Position numbers and translations under genes: made by a program
Notes under the pieces: generated by a model
Told to the model about the DNA's origin: nothing
Databases searched by the model: none
The model's input: only the letters and a program-made list of their open reading frames with translations
Virus record (IMG/VR): IMGVR_UViG_3300010218_000003
Location: 66,124 to 121,054 of that record
Reading direction: 5' to 3' (one strand)
Length of the DNA: 54,931 nucleotides
Source of the DNA: a virus
Lineage: Duplodnaviria; Heunggongvirae; Uroviricota; Caudoviricetes
Shown here: positions 46,937 to 54,856 of the stretch, one piece after another
How positions within the stretch are numbered: the stretch's first letter is position 1
Layout: the number at the start of each line of letters is the position of its first letter

Positions 46937-47398
46937 TCAGATGCTCTCAGGACGCTTCCAGTTGGCACGACCCCGGTTAGCCTGCGGGCCCTGCTTAACC
47001 TTGCCACTGTCCTTGATCAACTTACCGTCCCACATCGAACGATTGTCGTAGAGAGGCACGAGCACATCAGTAAGGGCATCCTTACCCATGTCCTCATTGC
47101 ACTGCCTGCAAAGGGGAAGCATGTTCGCTGCACAGTAGGTGCCACCCGTAGCGTCAGCCTCACAGTGACCAAGGTTCAGCGTGTCCATGTTCCGGGGCGC
47201 ACCCCCCACGTATGCGTTCTCACCGCACCCCACACACACAGCGTAGGTCTCACCGTCCGAGTGACCCGTAAGGCTTGCCAGGTACAGCACCGTAGCGAGG
47301 AGCTGCCTACGGTACGCGCTGCCCGCCGTACGGTCGTTGTCCCTGCACTGGTGGTTGTTGGCGTTGTGTGCGGTGACCGGGGCGGTGGTGGTGATCAT
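46937..47398 (-). CDS. HNH-like endonuclease
   Basis: CVGC...GH..A...GG.....N..PLCRQCN..MG; GGAG RBS. Confidence 0.7.
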   Translation of the reverse strand: MITTTAPVTAHNANNHQCRDNDRTAGSAYRRQLLATVLYLASLTGHSDGETYAVCVGCGENAYVGGAPRNMDTLNLGHCEADATGGTYCAANMLPLCRQCNEDMGKDALTDVLVPLYDNRSMWDGKLIKDSGKVKQGPQANRGRANWKRPESI

Positions 47399-47511
47399 TG
47401 TCTGTCTCCCTTGTGTTCGTCGTTGTACCTACATTCTGCCCTAGGTACCGGGCCTGAAACCACCCAATCCCACGTTTCTTAGGTAAAGACTTGGTAACGA
47501 CCGGGGCGGCC

Positions 47512-47675
47512 GGACATACCAACCAAATCGGACATTGGGTACATACCCACACATAGGTGTACATATAGGGCATATGGGTGCATACCATACCATACTGGTA
47601 CAGATGGGGCGTATAGGGCAGGGGGCACATAGGGGACATTCCTCTTTACGGGGACATTAAGTATTTCCGGGACAT
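47512..47675. repeat. Periodic GGACAT/RCAT repeats (iteron-like)
   Basis: GGACAT at 47512, 47530 and 47634, 47652, 47670 (18-bp spacing); CAT-ended units every 9-10 bp from 47535 to 47583. Confidence 0.7.
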
Positions 47676-47726
47676 ATCCCCCGCGCGTGTACGACTGGCC
47701 ACAAAATTTCCCGGAGGATCTAGGTT

Positions 47727-47927
47727 GTGCATGGTGCATGGCCTGTGTATACTGGTACTACACCAAGACGGAAGGGACTGATCAACTTGACCACTCTCGA
47801 TCTTCTGGAGCGGGCAGTATCTGAGGGGTGGGTATCCGTATCTACCCTGTCCACTACGGTACAGGATGACATGCGTACCGTGGACATGGACGAGGACGCC
47901 TACCCGCACGTATCCGAACTGGCGTAA
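47727..47927 (+). CDS. Hypothetical protein (start uncertain)
   Basis: 66-aa ORF followed by a terminator hairpin. Confidence 0.45.
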   Translation: MHGAWPVYTGTTPRRKGLINLTTLDLLERAVSEGWVSVSTLSTTVQDDMRTVDMDEDAYPHVSELA

Positions 47928-47931
47928 CTAA

Positions 47932-47961
47932 ATAGGGGGCTATCTACGGGTAGCCCCCTAT
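47932..47961 (+). terminator. Hairpin, terminator-like
   Basis: ATAGGGGGCTA-8nt-TAGCCCCCTAT perfect 11-bp stem; weak T tract. Confidence 0.55.
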
Positions 47962-47981
47962 ATGGGCAGAAAGGGAAAGCA

Positions 47982-48194
47982 ATGTTTCGGAAAAAGGCAA
48001 AAAACGTTCTGACGCATTCGCTTACCCTCAAGCTCGAAAAGAACGGCCTCTTTTCGGAAACGGGCGTAATTTCTTCGGGAAATCTCGAAATTCTTCTTCG
48101 GAAGTACAATGAAGGCGGATTTCGCCCGGTGGAAGCAAAACATTCAACTTATTGCCACTGTGGCACTGGAAAGGGCGAAACCTATGAATGCTGA
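47982..48194 (+). CDS. Hypothetical protein
   Basis: 70 aa; AAAGGGA RBS. Confidence 0.55.
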   Translation: MFRKKAKNVLTHSLTLKLEKNGLFSETGVISSGNLEILLRKYNEGGFRPVEAKHSTYCHCGTGKGETYEC

Positions 48195-48372
48195 CCGTAT
48201 GCAAACCCTTCTTGAGGGAATGCGTGATCTGGCAGCAAAGGCACAACTGATGCCCATCACAAACGAAACCATGGCCGCTGGGATGGCTCTGGCGGAGATG
48301 TTCGAGGAATTCGACCTTCTGATTCTGGAAAACCGAACGATTCCTACCGAATGGGAACGATTCCGTGGCTGA
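48184..48372 (+). CDS. Hypothetical protein
   Basis: MNADRM... overlapping neighbours. Confidence 0.6.
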   Translation: MNADRMQTLLEGMRDLAAKAQLMPITNETMAAGMALAEMFEEFDLLILENRTIPTEWERFRG

Positions 48373-48589
48373 GCTGTCCTTGAACCAATTCATTCTCGAT
48401 ACCATTGCGGAATGGATTCGAGACAACAAGGGTCAGCGTTATGGGCAATTCGTATTCAATCGAGTTGCTGAGCACCGGCCCGAAATCGGAAATGCCCTCA
48501 CGGGCACAATCCATGATCCTTTCTACGCAAACGACAACAACGATCCTCGAATTCACCGTTTTTGGGCCAAAGTGGACGAACTCTGGTGA
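48365..48589 (+). CDS. Hypothetical protein
   Basis: 74 aa; R.GQ..FN and DPFY motifs common in small phage proteins. Confidence 0.7.
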   Translation: MAELSLNQFILDTIAEWIRDNKGQRYGQFVFNRVAEHRPEIGNALTGTIHDPFYANDNNDPRIHRFWAKVDELW

Positions 48590-48788
48590 ATCTGAATAAA
48601 TTCGCTTAGATTTTCACCCCTATGTTTCTTAGGTATATGCACGAAAAACCTTCGAATCGTAGGGGTGAATTTCTGACTAAAAAGTTAGCCGCCCCGGCTA
48701 GATGACTAAAAATCTGTGTAGACATCTAGAGACTAAAAAATCGGCGTAGGTGTTGCGCTACTGGCAATCCGACTGCTAGACTTCATAC

Positions 48789-48989
48789 ATGAAGCGAGGA
48801 CAGATCTTCCAGCCGAAGAACTTCGATGACGGATGCAGGACTCAGATCGTAGACGTGATCGGTGATCACAACGTGGTGATCATCCACACCGACGAAGGCT
48901 GCACCGTGACCCTTCTGCATGACATGGCAATCGAGAAGTACATGAAGCCCGGTGACAAGATCGAGTGCGTCTGTGGGGAGATGTTCTGA
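48789..48989 (+). CDS. Hypothetical protein, leaderless
   Basis: ATG 6 nt after TAGACT. Confidence 0.7.
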   Translation: MKRGQIFQPKNFDDGCRTQIVDVIGDHNVVIIHTDEGCTVTLLHDMAIEKYMKPGDKIECVCGEMF

Positions 48990-49147
48990 TGTTCTGCATG
49001 CACCAGTGGACTAAGTGGATTCTGGTCACGGCTCACATGGACAGCCCTTTGATGGGTTGGATCAAGGGTAAGCCTGTCGAGTGGACACAGCCCATGCAGG
49101 CTCGCAAGTGCGTGAAGTGCAACAAGATCCAGACGAGGAGCGTCTAA
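48989..49147 (+). CDS. Small Cys/His protein
   Basis: MFCMHQW...RKCVKC; TGATG overlap. Confidence 0.7.
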   Translation: MFCMHQWTKWILVTAHMDSPLMGWIKGKPVEWTQPMQARKCVKCNKIQTRSV

Positions 49148-49377
49148 TGTTCATGATCTCTGAGGGTGACGTGTTCGTGGATGTCAACCCTGACATTCTT
49201 CACAAGGAAACTTTTCTGTACGTCGAGGTCGTGGACGACTGGATCAAGGCTGGGCATCACAACCCTCGTGAGTGCCTGCGTGCTGTCTACCCTCGCACTA
49301 CCCTTGAGCGTGCATTCAAGAAGGTCGAACGTGTACCTAACGAGTGTGCGTGTGGCGGTAAGCTTTTCTGGGAGTGA
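49147..49377 (+). CDS. Hypothetical protein
   Basis: MFMISEG...CACGG; TAATG overlap. Confidence 0.7.
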   Translation: MFMISEGDVFVDVNPDILHKETFLYVEVVDDWIKAGHHNPRECLRAVYPRTTLERAFKKVERVPNECACGGKLFWE

Positions 49378-49456
49378 TCTCAGGCCCTTCGGGGCCGCCC
49401 CGGCTAAATCTCAAAAGTCTTGCCACCGGCCCTAATTACGTGCTAGACTCATCCCT

Positions 49457-49753
49457 ATGAAGACGCCGAAGGTTCGTAAGCCCAAGCCGTTCTACGCCAA
49501 CATCTACCTCGAAGATCTTGCGTGTGGTGGTCCGCAGGAAGGTGGTTGGTACTACAACTACCGTGAGCCGTGTGTGTCCGTCAAGGTTCGGTCCCGTCGT
49601 GAGGCTGAGACTGTTCTCAAGCGACTGACCAAGAAGCGTTACAGCAACAACGGGCGTAAGGCCATTTGGTCCGTCAACAGCACCGGTCAGTACCTTGACC
49701 GTATCGAGCGTAAGCCTGCCGAGCGTGAGAGTGACTGGTCTCCCTGGGAGTAA
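49457..49753 (+). CDS. Hypothetical protein, leaderless
   Basis: Single-gene cassette; GGPQEGGWYY. Confidence 0.75.
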   Translation: MKTPKVRKPKPFYANIYLEDLACGGPQEGGWYYNYREPCVSVKVRSRREAETVLKRLTKKRYSNNGRKAIWSVNSTGQYLDRIERKPAERESDWSPWE

Positions 49754-49899
49754 TTGGCAGCGCCCTTCGGGGCGCTAGCCGCCCCGGCCAAAAAATCTTG
49801 AAAATCAGCCCTCGAAACAGTTGGACACGGCCCGCTAGACTCTGCTAAGCTTAGTACATCGAAGGGGGCAAGAAGTCCCCTAAGACGAAGGGAAACCTC

Positions 49900-50484
49900 A
49901 TGGAGCGCATCGAGATCGTTCAGCAGGTCGGCAACTACTTCCCCGACACCAAGATCGCTGACGCTCTCCGCTTCGCGGGTGACATCGACCGTGGCTTCCG
50001 CCGTCAGTTCGAGGACGAGCGTTACAAGCTGGAGGACGCCAAGTACACGTACGGTCAGGAGCGCTACGACGCGGGCGTGCAGGACGGAAAGAACTCCGTT
50101 CGTGCGACGTTCGACCCGAAGGTCGTAGAGGCCACTTCCTGGGCTATCGTGAACTTCACCGCGCGTGACTTCACCCGCAAGATCACCTGCATCAAGGTGC
50201 TGCGCGACAAGTTCCGTCCGCTGGGTCTGATCGAGGCGAAGGCCATCGTGGACATGATCACTCCGGTCGGCACGACCGACCAGCTCGACTGGGCCAAGAT
50301 CGAGGAGATCGAGAAGGACTCCCCGGCTGAGGCTCTGGCCACGGATGAGGCACTGGCCGCACTGCGCGAGAAGATCGCCGGTAAGGCCGTTCCCACGCCG
50401 AAGGACGTGTTCGAGCGTGAGTCCTCCGAAGAGTCCAGCTACAGCGCGGGTCCGTGCCCGTGTGGTTGTGGCATGGGCGACTGA
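49900..50484 (+). CDS. Protein with ribosomal L7/L12 C-terminal-like motif
   Basis: KITCIKVLRDKFRPLGLIEAKAIVD resembles the bL12 KI.VIK.VR...GLKEAK.LVE motif. Confidence 0.65.
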   Translation: MERIEIVQQVGNYFPDTKIADALRFAGDIDRGFRRQFEDERYKLEDAKYTYGQERYDAGVQDGKNSVRATFDPKVVEATSWAIVNFTARDFTRKITCIKVLRDKFRPLGLIEAKAIVDMITPVGTTDQLDWAKIEEIEKDSPAEALATDEALAALREKIAGKAVPTPKDVFERESSEESSYSAGPCPCGCGMGD

Positions 50485-50596
50485 TCAAAGCCTAGCGGCC
50501 CCTTCGGGGGCCGTTTTGGCCGCCCCGGCTCTTTTGAGAATGTCTTGCAATCTGGCCCGGCGTCATGTAGACTCGTCTTAACGAAGGGGAGATACC

Positions 50597-50875
50597 ATGG
50601 CAATGCCTCTCAGCTACAGGATTCGTGAGTACCTGCAAAGCAACTTCGGCAAGCTTCGTACGGGTGATCGAGTAGTAGTCGTGAACTCATGGGCTCAGCT
50701 CTACTTGAACGAGGGCCTTGAGATTGACGGCAAGATCGCGTACACTGGAACCGTGCAGAAGGTTGTGTACAACTCGGTAACGGTCCTTGTGGATCATGGG
50801 TTCTACCGCAACGCTGCATTGGTGACCAGTCCGCACACGTTCAACGAACTGCGTGACAACGTTCACCGCATCTGA
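50597..50875 (+). CDS. Hypothetical protein (SH3-like?)
   Basis: GDRVVV...GTVQKV..NSVTVLV pattern; GGGGAG RBS. Confidence 0.7.
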   Translation: MAMPLSYRIREYLQSNFGKLRTGDRVVVVNSWAQLYLNEGLEIDGKIAYTGTVQKVVYNSVTVLVDHGFYRNAALVTSPHTFNELRDNVHRI

Positions 50876-50909
50876 TAGACTCTAGTCACACCGAATGAAA
50901 GGCAACACA

Positions 50910-51176
50910 ATGGCCGTTCTCATGGGCGAGGTTTCCGTCAAGCGCGCTGGCGTCGTGATCACGATGGCTACCGTCTTCGGAGTCGAGTTCGAGTACCGTG
51001 TCAACGAGCGTGCGGGCAAGGTGTACGTCGAGGCCGCTGGCTCTCCCGAGAAGCTGTCCGCCCTCTACCGTTCCGCTCCCTTCCGCGTGACCAAGGCTCT
51101 GCCTGGCTACGAGGTCAAGTCCAAGTCCTACGACTTCGGCAAGAGCATGGGACTCGGCAAGAAGCCTGTTCTGTAA
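50910..51176 (+). CDS. Hypothetical protein
   Basis: ATG 50910 after GAAAGG. Confidence 0.75.
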   Translation: MAVLMGEVSVKRAGVVITMATVFGVEFEYRVNERAGKVYVEAAGSPEKLSALYRSAPFRVTKALPGYEVKSKSYDFGKSMGLGKKPVL

Positions 51177-51289
51177 GTCATCTGGCCCCTTCGGGGGCCA
51201 TTTGGCCGCCCCGGCTGATTTGCTAAAGGGCTTGTATTCTGCCCTATGAGTGTGTTAGACTCGTCTTACACCGAGCGAGAGGAACGCAA

Positions 51290-51628
51290 ATGTTCTCCAC
51301 GATGCACCAGATTGTCGTCGCTTCCCGTGAGTCCAACTCCACCGCGCGTCACTGGTTCGACAGTTCCTCTATGCGATTCTTCAACACGAGTGTACAGCCC
51401 AACATCTTCCCCATCGGTCAGCGCGGCGTGATCTTCATCACCTCCGACTACCGTTCGGACCCGGAAGACATCGCGTACAGCCTCCGCTACGCTTCCCGCA
51501 ACGAAGAGGGAGCGTTCACCATCTGCACCATTGACGGATTCGGTGACTATGAGTCTTTGGAGGAAGCCGAGGACGCTGCCGACTCCTACCAGCGGTTCTA
51601 CCGTGAGGTCATGAACATTCGGGACTAA
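51290..51628 (+). CDS. Conserved-type phage hypothetical protein
   Basis: HWFD...MRFFNT..; GAGGA RBS. Confidence 0.75.
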   Translation: MFSTMHQIVVASRESNSTARHWFDSSSMRFFNTSVQPNIFPIGQRGVIFITSDYRSDPEDIAYSLRYASRNEEGAFTICTIDGFGDYESLEEAEDAADSYQRFYREVMNIRD

Positions 51629-51738
51629 AGGCAAGCGCCCTCCGGGGCGCAAGCCGCCCCGGCGAAAAGATCTTGAAGATCTATGTTGCGCTGCCCTACC
51701 CCTTGTGTATATACTAGAGACACAACGAAGGGAACAAA

Positions 51739-51906
51739 GTGAGAAGCGATCTTCGTAGGCTGCGTCAAGAGCGTTACCAGAACCAGCAGCAGCGGGTGAA
51801 GGTGATCAAGAAGCTCGGAAAGATCAAGCGTGAGCGTGCGCTGGCCTTCCGTGACTTCGATGGTCCTGACTTCATGGACTACGACCCCAACGAGTGGTTT
51901 GACTAA
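51739..51906 (+). CDS. Small basic/acidic protein (55 aa)
   Basis: Manual ORF GTG RSDLRRLRQ...EWFD; AAGGGA RBS. Confidence 0.65.
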   Translation: MRSDLRRLRQERYQNQQQRVKVIKKLGKIKRERALAFRDFDGPDFMDYDPNEWFD

Positions 51907-52006
51907 GATCATAGGCTGTGTCGGCCTAATCTTCCTCGTCCCTTGTTTTATCGGCCTAGTTCTGCTAGGCTTGTGGACAGTCAAGACAGTTCTTTTCTCT
52001 CTCTAG
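51899..52006 (+). CDS. Very small membrane protein (35 aa)
   Basis: TTG TKIIGCVGLIFLVPCFIGLVLLGLW...; fills the gap exactly. Confidence 0.5.
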   Translation: MTKIIGCVGLIFLVPCFIGLVLLGLWTVKTVLFSL

Positions 52007-52014
52007 GAGTGATC

Positions 52015-52158
52015 ATGTACAACGTCAAGGGTGTCATCAACGCCGACCGTGTTTCTGGCCCCGTTGCGCTCGTCCTCACCCTTCTTAACCTGGGCCTTGG
52101 TGCCTTCGGGATCATGATCATCGGTGCTCTCCTGCACATGGGATGGAACTGGGTCTGA
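52015..52158 (+). CDS. Small membrane protein (47 aa)
   Basis: MYNVKG...; AGGAG RBS; one long hydrophobic stretch. Confidence 0.7.
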   Translation: MYNVKGVINADRVSGPVALVLTLLNLGLGAFGIMIIGALLHMGWNWV

Positions 52159-52278
52159 TCATGGCGGGCCGCCTTCGGGCGGCCTAGCCGCCCCGGTCAA
52201 AAGATCTTGATGGATTGAGTTGACTCTCCATCACCTCGTCCGCTAGAATATAACTACCAACAGGGCGCAACAATTGGA

Positions 52279-52638
52279 GTGAAGATGCCCAAGGTCAACG
52301 TGGAACAGCTCTGGCACGACGCGATCTTCGGAGACGCTTCCAACTCTCGTTCCGGTGGGGCTGGCTCCCGATGGATGGACGACAAGGAAGCGTGCATGCT
52401 TGCCAAGTTCGATGAGCTGCCGCGTGCGTTCATCGACAGCATCGAGAAGGACGGCATCAAGACGCCGATCGTCTACGACCCGCGTAACAACCGCGTGACC
52501 AACGGTCATCACCGCCTGCTCGTCGCCTACCTGCTCGGCATCACCGAGATCGAATACATCGACAGCCGCGACACCTACAACGGTTGGAGTCTCGAAAGGG
52601 CTGCAAAGGCCAAGGGTCTTCCGATGGGTCGCAGGTAG
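52279..52638 (+). CDS. ParB/Sulfiredoxin-like nuclease-domain protein
   Basis: SIEKDGIKTPIV......NGHHRL motif; no HTH. Confidence 0.8.
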   Translation: MKMPKVNVEQLWHDAIFGDASNSRSGGAGSRWMDDKEACMLAKFDELPRAFIDSIEKDGIKTPIVYDPRNNRVTNGHHRLLVAYLLGITEIEYIDSRDTYNGWSLERAAKAKGLPMGRR

Positions 52639-52744
52639 AAAGGCTGTGGGGCTTCGGCCCCACTAGCCGCCCCGGTCAGGGGTTGTAATCTCATCTCTGT
52701 TCGTGTAGACTTTAGCTATCAGCCAACGAGGCCAGGAGGCCAAA

Positions 52745-52933
52745 ATGGGTACTATCGTCACTGTCTACTACGCCGACCGTGACCAGCCCATCAAGTTCCG
52801 TGTGAACCTTCCCCTCGAAAAGGTCAAGGACAAGCTGTACTCCAAGATGGCCATTCTGGAAGAGGCGAACGGCACTCTCTTCATCATCAACTTCGAGAAG
52901 GTGGATCAGTTGGAGATCCGCAAGGCATACTGA
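52745..52933 (+). CDS. Hypothetical protein
   Basis: 62 aa; AGGAGG RBS. Confidence 0.75.
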   Translation: MGTIVTVYYADRDQPIKFRVNLPLEKVKDKLYSKMAILEEANGTLFIINFEKVDQLEIRKAY

Positions 52934-53063
52934 GCAGCGGGCCGCCTTCGGGCGGCCTAGCCGCCCCGGCGAAAAGATCTTCGTGGACTGTGTTGCATCC
53001 GGTCCCCATTCCTTGCTATAGTAGAGACATCAAAGAGGGAAACACCCTCTAAGAGAGGAAAAC

Positions 53064-53579
53064 ATGGACGCCTCCAACATCGTTCGTCTCTTCAACGACG
53101 CTGAGCTGGACATGAACCTCACCGACGCCTTCGAGCTGGCCGACCGGATCGTGAACGACTTCCAGCCCGAGATGAACCGACAGGCGAAGGTCGAATACGA
53201 CTTGGGCCGTGCCCGTGGGCGTGACGAGGGTGCGCAGGAGGTGCGTAACCAGGGTGTGACATTGGACCGTGGCGAGCTGATCAAGCTGCGCGGTATGGAG
53301 GACTTCGTCACCAACATGATCACGGAGGCCGTGCCCGAGATCATCGAGCGTGTCGGTCGCAACTTCAAGATCATGTGCATCAAGACGCTCCGCGAGAAGT
53401 TCCCGTTCCTGAGCATCAAGCAGGCGAAGGACTTCATCGACACCGGCCTCAACAAGATCATCGAGGACGAGAAGCGCATGCTCCGTGAGGCCACGCAGCG
53501 AGCCTACTCCTACAGCAGCTACGACTACGACGACAGCTACGACTACGGCTGTGGCCCCAACTGTTCCATCTGCGGCTGA
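53064..53579 (+). CDS. Second protein with L7/L12 C-terminal-like motif
   Basis: KIMCIKTLREKFPFLSIKQAKDFID; GAGGA RBS; paralogous to 49900..50484. Confidence 0.6.
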   Translation: MDASNIVRLFNDAELDMNLTDAFELADRIVNDFQPEMNRQAKVEYDLGRARGRDEGAQEVRNQGVTLDRGELIKLRGMEDFVTNMITEAVPEIIERVGRNFKIMCIKTLREKFPFLSIKQAKDFIDTGLNKIIEDEKRMLREATQRAYSYSSYDYDDSYDYGCGPNCSICG

Positions 53580-53711
53580 AAGCTGCGCCCTTCGGGGCGC
53601 TAGCCGCCCCGGTCAAAAGATCATGGACAGAAGGTGTTGTACATCGTCGCATCCATCTGTTAGACTAGAGACATCGAAAGGGAGGGAAAACCTCCCGGAG
53701 AGGTGGTTACC

Positions 53712-53810
53712 ATGGCCGTTACCCTTGCGAAGAGCACGGACGAGCAGGACGACACCTACGGTGCGGACGCTCACCTGGACGACTTCGAGATTCTGGTTGA
53801 CTGCGAGTAG
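53712..53810 (+). CDS. Very small acidic protein (32 aa)
   Basis: MAVTLAKST...DCE; GAGGT RBS. Confidence 0.55.
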   Translation: MAVTLAKSTDEQDDTYGADAHLDDFEILVDCE

Positions 53811-53865
53811 ACAAGCCAAGCTCGATACGCTAGACTAAGAACACACCACGACGAAAGGCTCAAAA

Positions 53866-54030
53866 ATGAAGGCTCTCGCCATCGCCAAGGTCATCGCCGA
53901 GACCCCCATGACCGCCACCGCGCGTGTCCGCCTCGTCCGCAACATCACTGCTGAGATGACCGACAACATGGCCAACGAGTTCGAGACCATCGCGCTCGGC
54001 CTGGATGACTTCGAGGTCGCTCCCAAGTAA
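53866..54030 (+). CDS. Small hypothetical protein (54 aa)
   Basis: MKALAIAK...APK; GAAAGG RBS. Confidence 0.7.
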   Translation: MKALAIAKVIAETPMTATARVRLVRNITAEMTDNMANEFETIALGLDDFEVAPK

Positions 54031-54133
54031 TCAACTAGCCAATGGCCCCTCCGGGGGCCATTCGGCCGGGGCGGTCAAAAGATCTTGATCCAAGTATGTT
54101 GATTCTCCCTCTTACGTCTGCTAGGATGAATCC

Positions 54134-54856
54134 ATGGGACTCAAGCGAACCAATGACCGGAAGACGACCGTCCGAGCCAACACTGCGGGTAAGCAGTCAC
54201 TGATCAAAAACGCATTCTCCCTTCCCAGCGGTAAGGCATTCTCTTGCCCTGGTGCGACCGGTGTGTGTGAGACCATCTGCTATGCGGGAAGGATCGAAAA
54301 GCAGTATCCAGCATTCCTCGCAGTGGCAATGCACAATTGGGAATTGCTCAAGGATGCTTCCCTCGCTGAAATGATCACTCTTCTGAGTGACATGATCAAT
54401 GAATTCGTGACTGAGTGCGAAAAGCACAATGTCCCTAAGCTTTTCCGCTGGCACGCCGATGGTGACATTTTCTCGGCTGCTTATGCGGAAGCAATCGAGG
54501 CTGTTTGCCTTGACTTCCCTGACGTGCAATTCTGGATCTACACTCGGTCATTCGAGTATGTAGGATTCATCACGTCAATCCCTAACCTGTCTGTCTACCT
54601 TAGTGTGGACAAGGAAAACCTTAACGCCGGGCTTCTTTGCGCGGCTGACAATCCCGGTGTCAAAATGGCATATCTGGGAGAAACCTTCAACGAAGGTAAA
54701 GAGATCTTCGAAACTCTGACTGGCGTTCCCGGTGGAAAGTGTCCCGAGAATGCTAAGCAGATTCCGCTGATTACTAAGAAGGGTGGCGCGTGCGTAACGT
54801 GTGGCCTTTGCATCTTCGGTAAGGCGGACATTCGATTCTCTCGCACTAAGAAATAG
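54134..54856 (+). CDS. GP88-like (radical-SAM-related) Fe-S protein
   Basis: CPGATGVCETICYAG triad, FRWHADGDI, WIYTRS, C-terminal C..C..C; leaderless. Confidence 0.7.
   Translation: MGLKRTNDRKTTVRANTAGKQSLIKNAFSLPSGKAFSCPGATGVCETICYAGRIEKQYPAFLAVAMHNWELLKDASLAEMITLLSDMINEFVTECEKHNVPKLFRWHADGDIFSAAYAEAIEAVCLDFPDVQFWIYTRSFEYVGFITSIPNLSVYLSVDKENLNAGLLCAADNPGVKMAYLGETFNEGKEIFETLTGVPGGKCPENAKQIPLITKKGGACVTCGLCIFGKADIRFSRTKK

Larger units (their letters stand above)
48753..54127 (+). promoter_or_regulatory. Set of housekeeping-sigma promoters heading the gene cassettes
   Basis: TTG-started -35 with N17/18 and TAGACT/TATACT/TAGAAT/TATAGT/TAGGAT -10 at 48753, 49420, 50545, 51232, 51686, 52220, 52683, 52993, 53637, 54099; another truncated at 54907. 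Confidence 0.8.

Noticed and set aside
47165-47909. ORFs 47165..47482, 47307..47639, 47479..47739, 47646..47909
   Set aside because: They run through the repeat island, have low-complexity translations and lack RBS
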